From: Candidatus Heimdallarchaeota archaeon
GTDB lineage: Archaea; Asgardarchaeota; Heimdallarchaeia; Heimdallarchaeales; Heimdallarchaeaceae
Direction of reading: 5' to 3'
NCBI GenBank assembly: GCA_023136245.1
Contig: JAGLRO010000002.1
Location: 1 to 24,308 of the forward strand
DNA: 24,308 nucleotides
Shown: positions 18,048 through 24,308 of the stretch, in pieces
Position numbering within the stretch: position 1 is the first letter of the stretch
Layout: each line of letters begins with the position of its first letter
Notes under the pieces: model-generated
The model's database searches: none
What the model saw: only the letters and a program-made list of their open reading frames with translations
What the model was told of the DNA's origin: nothing
Program-made: the position numbers and the translations under genes

Positions 18048-18773
18048 TTAGATTCTAGCTTCTAACCATTTATCTATAATTTCTAGTGAGTGATTGCAAC
18101 CTTTATCTTTGAGAATGACATGACCACCTTCCGTAATTCCAGCAATAGTCACATCTTCTGAATTTATTGCTGATGTAATCTGTTTTGTTGTTTTAAATGG
18201 AATTAATTTATCCTGATGACTATGAATTATTAAAATGGGTTGTACCACTTTATTCACAATTATTTCTAACGACTTCAGCAATTTAACACCCTCACTAAGA
18301 CTTTCCATTGGGATTTTTTCGTAAATCCGCCAGTTAGTAGGAATCCCTATGTATTTGAGTACAAAGTTTTTCATGGGTACCCACCTAATGAAATACCGGA
18401 TAAAGGGGAAATTGTAAACCACCCAAGATTTCAAATTGAAAGGCTTTAATGCTGTTGAAAAGAGAATAATACCCGATATACCTTCATTTCTAGCTGCTAA
18501 AAATAGAGAGATGATTCCGCCTAAAGAAGTGCCTGACAAGTATACTTGATCACAAGTGTCTTTTAGTTGTTCTAGTTGTTCTTGAGCATACTCTGTCCAT
18601 TCAGCCCAGACTCTAGTTTTCAGATCTTCAGGAGTGGTATTATGACCTGGAAGATCAATGTTTCTCACAATTAGGTTCTTTTCTTCCAGAAACTCTGCAA
18701 GAGGAAGCAAAACATTATGACTACCTGCTAGTCCATGGATTAATAAGAATCCTACTCTCTGAGTTTGTTCCAT
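18048..18773 (-). CDS. Alpha/beta hydrolase (carboxylesterase / monoacylglycerol-lipase-like)
   Basis: Oxyanion-hole region LLIHGLAGS. Nucleophile elbow GTSLGG (G-x-S-x-G). An Asp region (HSHQDKLIP) and a C-terminal catalytic His (EGGHVIL). The roughly 240-aa size is typical of Est/YvaK-like esterases. Confidence 0.85.
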   Translation of the reverse strand: MEQTQRVGFLLIHGLAGSHNVLLPLAEFLEEKNLIVRNIDLPGHNTTPEDLKTRVWAEWTEYAQEQLEQLKDTCDQVYLSGTSLGGIISLFLAARNEGISGIILFSTALKPFNLKSWVVYNFPFIRYFIRWVPMKNFVLKYIGIPTNWRIYEKIPMESLSEGVKLLKSLEIIVNKVVQPILIIHSHQDKLIPFKTTKQITSAINSEDVTIAGITEGGHVILKDKGCNHSLEIIDKWLEARI

Positions 18774-18902
18774 AAAGAGTAATATATTTCCTTTGTTTAT
18801 TATTTTTCCTTTTTATTACTGAAAGAATAAGAAGTAAACTAAGAAAAAGAAAACAGATAATCAACAATCTATATATTCAAGTTATTTCTAGTATAGCTGA
18901 AA

Positions 18903-19541
18903 ATGTCGATTAATTACAGTGAAAATAGTGTTTTAATTTCTGAAGTAATAGGTAATCTTCGTGATATAAAAACTGAACCCGCTAGCTTTAGATCAAATCT
19001 TCGAAAAATTGGTGGTTATCTAGCTTATGAGGCATCTAAACTGCTAGATACAACACAAAGAACAGTTAAAACACCATTAGGAGAAGCAGATGTAATCGAA
19101 CTAAAAGATCAAATTGTTGTTATCACCATTCTTCGAGCTGCTTTGCCAATGTCAGAGGGAGTACTGGAACAGTTCACAAACGCATCAGTTGGAGTTATTT
19201 CTGCTTCAAGAGGTAAAATGTTAGAGGTAGGAGGAAAGGATTTCAGAATAGATTGTACCTATGTTAATATCCCTTATCTGGAGAACAAAGTTGCCTTGAT
19301 AGTCGATCCCATGTTGGCGAGTGGCTCGACAATTTTGTTCCTTCTAGAAACCTTGAAAGAACAAAAAACTAAGAAAATAATAGTGCTCTGCGCTATAGCA
19401 TCCCAATATGGTATTGAAAGAATTAAAAAGAAATTTCCAGAAGTGGAAATTGTTACGGGAGATATAGATAAAATTCTCAATGAAAATGGATACATTGTAC
19501 CAGGTTTGGGAGATGCTGGCGACAGAGCATTCAATACTTAG
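18903..19541 (+). CDS. upp: Uracil phosphoribosyltransferase
   Basis: PRPP-binding motif LIVDPMLASGST and the characteristic C-terminal YIVPGLGDAGDRAFNT. The length of 212 aa fits. Confidence 0.95.
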   Translation: MSINYSENSVLISEVIGNLRDIKTEPASFRSNLRKIGGYLAYEASKLLDTTQRTVKTPLGEADVIELKDQIVVITILRAALPMSEGVLEQFTNASVGVISASRGKMLEVGGKDFRIDCTYVNIPYLENKVALIVDPMLASGSTILFLLETLKEQKTKKIIVLCAIASQYGIERIKKKFPEVEIVTGDIDKILNENGYIVPGLGDAGDRAFNT

Positions 19542-19733
19542 TTGAGATTTTATAAGTGAATGAGGAAATAATTGAAGAAGATAAAGAAGTTTTTGAATGT
19601 AAAAACACTAAAACGAAAATAACTGGCAGGTTTAATAATCAAGCTTCTTGGAAAGTTTTTTTATTAATCCTATTGTGTCTAACGGGTCTTAAGTGGGAAT
19701 TTTTATAAGGATTCTAAAGATGTTCTGGAGTCA

Positions 19734-21551
19734 ATGAAGATTCCACTCCAAAAATACTGGGAAGTTCAGAAAAAATATCTAGCTCCCTTTAAGAAAAGAC
19801 TAGGTTTTCTAGCTGTTCTATTGGTAGGTGGAATTATACTTCAGATAATTACACCTTTAATTGTTGAGAGATATATCAATTTAGCAACTCAAGGCGTACC
19901 TTTACAGAATCTGAATGAATTCTTTAAAACACTATCATTGCCATTTGCCAATATTGGTTCTGTAATTCGAACCTTAATTCTGCTTGCATCGCTCTACATT
20001 ATTTTGATGGTTGTACAACAAGGAATTACTTTGTTTTCAGTATATGTTGGACAGAATCTTTCTTGGTCAACAACAAATAAATTAAGATTCGATTTAACTG
20101 AACATTGCTTAAAACTAGATATGACATTTCATAATGAATACAAACCAGGAGAGATGATAGAAAGAATAGACGGAGACATTAATACATTAGCTACATTTCT
20201 TTCAGAGTTTTCAATAGATCTGCTAGCTTCTCTGCTATTGATAATAGGGATTTTAGTGACTTTTTTTGTTAAACACTGGATTTTGGGAATTGCATTTACG
20301 ACTTTTACTTTACTCGCGATAGTTGTCATCTACTTACTGAGAAATTTTTCAGTGAAATTTTGGGAAAAACAACGTCAAACAAGTGCAGATTTGTATGGTT
20401 CGATAGAAGAGAGTTTGAGTGCTATCGAGGATATCCGAGCAAATAAGGGTGTGGATAATGCAATGCGTAAATTTTTTCATTATTCAAAAAAAGATTTCAG
20501 AGCATTTCGAAAATCACTTATTAGAGATCAGTTTTTCGTTATGGCAATCTGGAGTATTATAGCAATCATCAACACTTTAGTATTTGCTCCTAGCATTCCT
20601 TTACTGAATACTGGAATCATAACACTAGGAACAATCTTTCTAATTCAAATGTTTGCAGGTATTCTTTTGATGCCTATTTTTAGAATTACTAGACAAATGC
20701 AGAATCTTCAACAAGCGGGAGCGTCATTAGATCGTATTAATAAACTATACCAAAATGAAACAAAGATTCGAGATTTAGGGTCTCTTAAACTCCTTCCAGG
20801 TCCTTTGGAAATTGAATTTGACAAATTAAGTTTTGCGTATAATAAAAATGATTATGTTCTTAATGATATATCTTTCAAGCTTGAATCTGGTAAAACACTT
20901 GGGATTGTGGGACAAACGGGAAGCGGAAAAACAACAATTTCACGATTATTATTTAGATTATATGATACTAAACCAAAAGATGGTTCAATAAGATTAAATG
21001 AAATGAACATTAAGGATATAGCTCTAGAAGATATTAGAGATAAAATTTCATATGTTACTCAAAGTGTTGAGCTTTTCCAAGCTTCTGTTAGAGATAATGT
21101 AACACTTTTTGATAATAGAATCCCGGATGAGAAAATTGTTCAAATTATTTCTGATGTAGGATTAGAAAATTGGTTAGAAAAATTACCAGAAGGTTTGGAC
21201 ACAGTAATTTCATCAAGTGAATATGGTATATCAGCTGGAGAAGCTCAGTTATTGGCATTAGCTCGAGTGTTTATAAAAAAACCCAACTTGGTCGTATTGG
21301 ATGAAGCTTCATCCAGGTTGGATCCTATAACTGAAGGATTACTTGAGTTAGCTATTGAAAAATTACTAGTAAACCGGACAGGAATCATCGTTGCGCACAG
21401 ACTTGCAACGTTAGATAAAGTTGATGATATACTAATAATAGAAAAAGGCCATATTATTGAACACGGAAGCAGAACAGAATTAGTGAATAATCCTGATTCG
21501 CAATTCTACCACCTTATGCAAACAGGAGAAATTGAGGAGCTGTTAAAATGA
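19734..21551 (+). CDS. ABC exporter half-transporter (TMD-NBD), subunit 1 of a heterodimer; canonical Walker B-Glu but degenerate signature motif
   Basis: Six-TM type I exporter domain. Walker [10 protein letters not shown], Walker B plus catalytic Glu [10 protein letters not shown]-loop IVAHRL. The signature motif is ISAGEAQ instead of LSGGQ. Confidence 0.9.
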   Translation: MKIPLQKYWEVQKKYLAPFKKRLGFLAVLLVGGIILQIITPLIVERYINLATQGVPLQNLNEFFKTLSLPFANIGSVIRTLILLASLYIILMVVQQGITLFSVYVGQNLSWSTTNKLRFDLTEHCLKLDMTFHNEYKPGEMIERIDGDINTLATFLSEFSIDLLASLLLIIGILVTFFVKHWILGIAFTTFTLLAIVVIYLLRNFSVKFWEKQRQTSADLYGSIEESLSAIEDIRANKGVDNAMRKFFHYSKKDFRAFRKSLIRDQFFVMAIWSIIAIINTLVFAPSIPLLNTGIITLGTIFLIQMFAGILLMPIFRITRQMQNLQQAGASLDRINKLYQNETKIRDLGSLKLLPGPLEIEFDKLSFAYNKNDYVLNDISFKLESGKTLGIVGQTGSGKTTISRLLFRLYDTKPKDGSIRLNEMNIKDIALEDIRDKISYVTQSVELFQASVRDNVTLFDNRIPDEKIVQIISDVGLENWLEKLPEGLDTVISSSEYGISAGEAQLLALARVFIKKPNLVVLDEASSRLDPITEGLLELAIEKLLVNRTGIIVAHRLATLDKVDDILIIEKGHIIEHGSRTELVNNPDSQFYHLMQTGEIEELLK

Positions 21552-23356
21552 GGATTCTAAGGTTATCATGGGAACTTATGAAATACAAACCATGGCTTGT
21601 ATTTATGGGATTTCTTTCTGATATTTTGTTTTACATTCAACCCCTAGCAGCAAGTTACATAGCTCGCGAGATTTTTAACAAACTGGACGGATTACCTGGT
21701 TGGAATGTCAACATCTGGATATTAGTATTTCTAGTATTACCTCTTACTTTGAGCCTGAGATTAGTTGGGGATTTAGTATTTGTTTTTACAATGTGGATTT
21801 TCATACTTGCTAGTAGGGTTTTGTTAAGAAAAAACATGCTAGAGGGGATTTTCAAAAAACCAGGAGCTGTTGCTCTCCCAGATTCACCAGGAGAAGCCAT
21901 ATCTAGGTTTAGAGGAGATGTTGATGAAGTTCTTTGGTTCGTTTATCATATTACTTCAACATTTAGCTTTGCTGTATTCACAATATTAGCTTTCGTTGTT
22001 ATGCAAAGTATTGATTGGCAACTTACAGTTTTCATAAGTATCCCATTTCTATTCATGATGATACTCATCTTCTTCACTAGACCTGTATTTACAAAATTAA
22101 GAAAAGAACGCCGCAAAGCTGCAGGTGCAGTTACTCGAACCATTGGAGAAATCTTTCGTTCAGTTCAAGCAATAAAAGTAGCAACAGCAGAAGATAATGT
22201 TTTGAACTATTTTGGGAAAATTAATGAGAAGAGACGTATAGCTGAAGTTAAGGATGAATTCTTCCATCAATTAATACACTCGATATACTACGTTACTATC
22301 TACTTAGGTATTGGTATCATTCTACTACTAGTTGGACAAAACATTAGAGGAGGTTTCTTTTCAATTGGAGATCTAGCTTTCTTTGTAGGTATCTTGGGAA
22401 CTTTAGGCGATTTCGTTTGGCAATTGGGTGATATGATTCCTAGATATTTACGTACTAAAGTATCAGTTGAACGTATGTTTAAATTAGTCAGAGGGAGAGA
22501 TTCTTCAGTCACAGAAATGGCTTTGGGTCGTCATGGACCTGTTTATATTTGGGAACAGTTCCCACAGATTCAGCCTTTAACATTAAAGGAAAAAGATAAA
22601 CTGATTAGATTTGAAGCAAAAAACTTAGGTTATCATTATCCAGATTCAGATAAAGGAATTAAGAACATTAATCTTGTAATTGATAAAGGTTCATTCACTG
22701 TTATCACAGGTAGAATTGGTTCAGGGAAGACAACACTTCTTCGAACATTACTCGGATTATTACCTAAAGAAGAAGGAGAACTATATTGGAATGATGTAAC
22801 TATCGAAAAACCTGAAGAATATCTGATTCCCCCAAGAACTGCATATACTGCTCAGATACCCCGTCTTTTCAGTGAAACAATTAAAGAAAATATTTTGATG
22901 GGATTACCTGAAGATTCAGTCAATATAGAGGAATCGCTCAAACTCGCTGTTGTTGAAGATGAAATAAATGATTTTGATAAAGGATTAGATACTCTGGTTG
23001 GTCCTAAAGGAGTTAAGCTTTCAGGAGGTCAGAGACAAAGACTAGCTGCTGCAAGGATGTTTGCAAGAAAACCAGAAATTCTTATATTTGATGATTTATC
23101 TAGCGCCCTTGACGTCGAAACTGAACAACTCCTCTGGAAAAGAGTTTTTGAAAAATCAGGCGAAACTTGTCTAGCTGTATCTCACAGACCTATTGCATTA
23201 CGGAGAGCAGATAAAGTAATTGTAATGAAAGATGGAAAAATTGAAGCTCAGGGTAAATTAAAGAATTTATTAAAAACCTGTGATGAAATGAAAAGACTCT
23301 GGGAGGAAAAAATCATAAAAACAGAAACCACCTCCATTGTATCACAATCTGATTAA
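21548..23356 (+). CDS. ABC exporter half-transporter (TMD-NBD), subunit 2 of a heterodimer; canonical LSGGQ but Asp in place of the catalytic Glu
   Basis: Start overlaps the upstream stop (ATGA, 4-nt overlap). Walker [10 protein letters not shown], signature [14 protein letters not shown]-loop VSHRP. Walker B is ILIFDDLSS (D-D rather than D-E). Confidence 0.9.
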   Translation: MRILRLSWELMKYKPWLVFMGFLSDILFYIQPLAASYIAREIFNKLDGLPGWNVNIWILVFLVLPLTLSLRLVGDLVFVFTMWIFILASRVLLRKNMLEGIFKKPGAVALPDSPGEAISRFRGDVDEVLWFVYHITSTFSFAVFTILAFVVMQSIDWQLTVFISIPFLFMMILIFFTRPVFTKLRKERRKAAGAVTRTIGEIFRSVQAIKVATAEDNVLNYFGKINEKRRIAEVKDEFFHQLIHSIYYVTIYLGIGIILLLVGQNIRGGFFSIGDLAFFVGILGTLGDFVWQLGDMIPRYLRTKVSVERMFKLVRGRDSSVTEMALGRHGPVYIWEQFPQIQPLTLKEKDKLIRFEAKNLGYHYPDSDKGIKNINLVIDKGSFTVITGRIGSGKTTLLRTLLGLLPKEEGELYWNDVTIEKPEEYLIPPRTAYTAQIPRLFSETIKENILMGLPEDSVNIEESLKLAVVEDEINDFDKGLDTLVGPKGVKLSGGQRQRLAAARMFARKPEILIFDDLSSALDVETEQLLWKRVFEKSGETCLAVSHRPIALRRADKVIVMKDGKIEAQGKLKNLLKTCDEMKRLWEEKIIKTETTSIVSQSD

Positions 23357-23410
23357 TATACACTTAATGATCCGAATATATAATTTCTTTATGTACATGT
23401 TCACTTTTAG

Positions 23411-23435
23411 TCACAAGTTGTGATTTTTCTTTTTA
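23411..23435 (+). terminator. Short palindrome (TCACAA-G-TTGTGA) followed by T-rich tract downstream of the ABC operon
   Basis: Inverted repeat at 23411-23423, followed by ATTTTTCTTTTT, about 55 nt after the ABC subunit 2 stop. Confidence 0.3.
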
Positions 23436-23481
23436 TATATACAAATTAAATTTATCATGAAAGCACACATTGGTGGCAAAA

Positions 23482-24308
23482 ATGGAAAAAATTGTTGTAA
23501 ATGAAGACGAAGAAATTGAGCTAACTAAAGTTGAAGGCGACCTTGAAGTTCTAGATGGAGCTACTATAAATGTACCTTCAGATATTGAAACTTTACAAAT
23601 AGGAGGAGATCTTGTTTGTAATGGTGATGTCATAATTAATGGATCTGTACAAGCAAACAAGATTAAACACAGAAATGGATATCTCGAAATTGAAGGAGAT
23701 GTCAAAGTAAAAGAGGTTCATGTTCTAAGTAGTAGGATGCGTAATGGATCAAAACTTCTTATCCTCGGTAATCTTGAAAGTGAAAAAGCTGAAATTGATG
23801 GAGGATTAGAAATTGAAAAGAATTTCTCATGTGATGAAGTAAAGATAATGGGAGGTTGTAAAGTACGAGGAGAAGCTACAATTACAGTCTATCGAGTTAG
23901 TGGTGGGGCAAAGCATGGAATGAAACTTCACGCAAAAGAAGTTGATGTTGATGGTGCTCTCAAAGCAGATGACGATGTATTTATAGAGGAAGAGTTTGAA
24001 ATTTCTGGTTCAGCTAAAATTGCAGGAACTCTTGAATCTCCTGAAATCGAAGTAGGTGGTTCCTTAGTTTGCAGTAATCTTGTAACCAAGAAGATAGAAA
24101 TTGGAGGATCAACCAAAGTAAATAGTGCAGAAATTACAGAAAAATTGAATGTTAGTGGATCCTTTAAGTGCAATGACCAGCTATTTGCACCAAAAGTAAG
24201 TTGTAATGGAGCATGCAAAATTGGCGATGATTCTGAAGTTCAATATCTATCAATCAATGGATCAACTTCTATTGGATCGAATTTCAAATTTGATGATATT
24301 AAACTAAA
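23482..24308 (+). CDS. Bactofilin-like (DUF583 / polymer-forming cytoskeletal) beta-helix repeat protein, partial (3' end beyond window)
   Basis: Hand translation from the ATG at 23482 (GGTGG lies 6 nt upstream) is open to the window end (275 codons): MEKIVVNEDEEIELTKVEGDLEVLDGATINVPSDIETLQIGGDLVCNGDVIINGSVQANKIKHRNGYLEIEGDVKVKEVHVL...EIEVGGSLVCSNLVTKKIEIGGSTKVNSAEITEKLNVSGSFKCN.... It has a periodic [IV]-x-[IV]-x-G-x(4-6)-G pattern with a period of about 17-20 residues, as in bactofilin beta-helices. It is missing from the track only because it has no stop in the window. Confidence 0.65.
   Translation, partial: MEKIVVNEDEEIELTKVEGDLEVLDGATINVPSDIETLQIGGDLVCNGDVIINGSVQANKIKHRNGYLEIEGDVKVKEVHVLSSRMRNGSKLLILGNLESEKAEIDGGLEIEKNFSCDEVKIMGGCKVRGEATITVYRVSGGAKHGMKLHAKEVDVDGALKADDDVFIEEEFEISGSAKIAGTLESPEIEVGGSLVCSNLVTKKIEIGGSTKVNSAEITEKLNVSGSFKCNDQLFAPKVSCNGACKIGDDSEVQYLSINGSTSIGSNFKFDDIKL

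Overview
Visibly AT-rich (not computed) chromosomal segment that looks archaeal. It combines archaeal-type tRNA and 5S rRNA, an e-MtaB-type methylthiotransferase, an RPA32-like OB/winged-helix protein, TrmB-like regulators, oligo-T terminators and TATA-like promoters with a bacterial-type gyrase. A low-GC lineage such as an Asgard or other uncultured archaeon is only a guess. I saw no CRISPR array, transposase, integrase or obvious defence genes. Left block, minus strand: tRNA-Ser(GCU), hypE, a PAQR/hemolysin-III membrane protein, hypF, then the N-terminus of a NuoH/HycD/MbhM-type membrane subunit truncated by the window edge. The rest is mostly housekeeping: a small DUF5752-like protein, an RPA32/Stn1-like protein, a radical-SAM tRNA methylthiotransferase, gyrB-gyrA, a thioredoxin divergent from two tandem Cys-rich winged-helix paralogs, and a disordered acidic protein. 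These are followed by a two-repeat sensor-domain membrane protein, an MFS transporter, a Tag-like glycosylase, an alpha/beta hydrolase, upp, an asymmetric heterodimeric ABC exporter pair, and a bactofilin-like beta-helix repeat protein truncated at the right edge. The standout is at 5114-5293 (+). It is a complete, well-folding 5S rRNA whose gene order is circularly permuted: the 3' two-thirds precede the 5' third. The native termini (helix I) are closed by a UUCG tetraloop, and the new termini lie in an 11-bp helix bracketed by a TATA-like element and an oligo-T tract. To my knowledge a permuted 5S rRNA gene has not been described in archaea.
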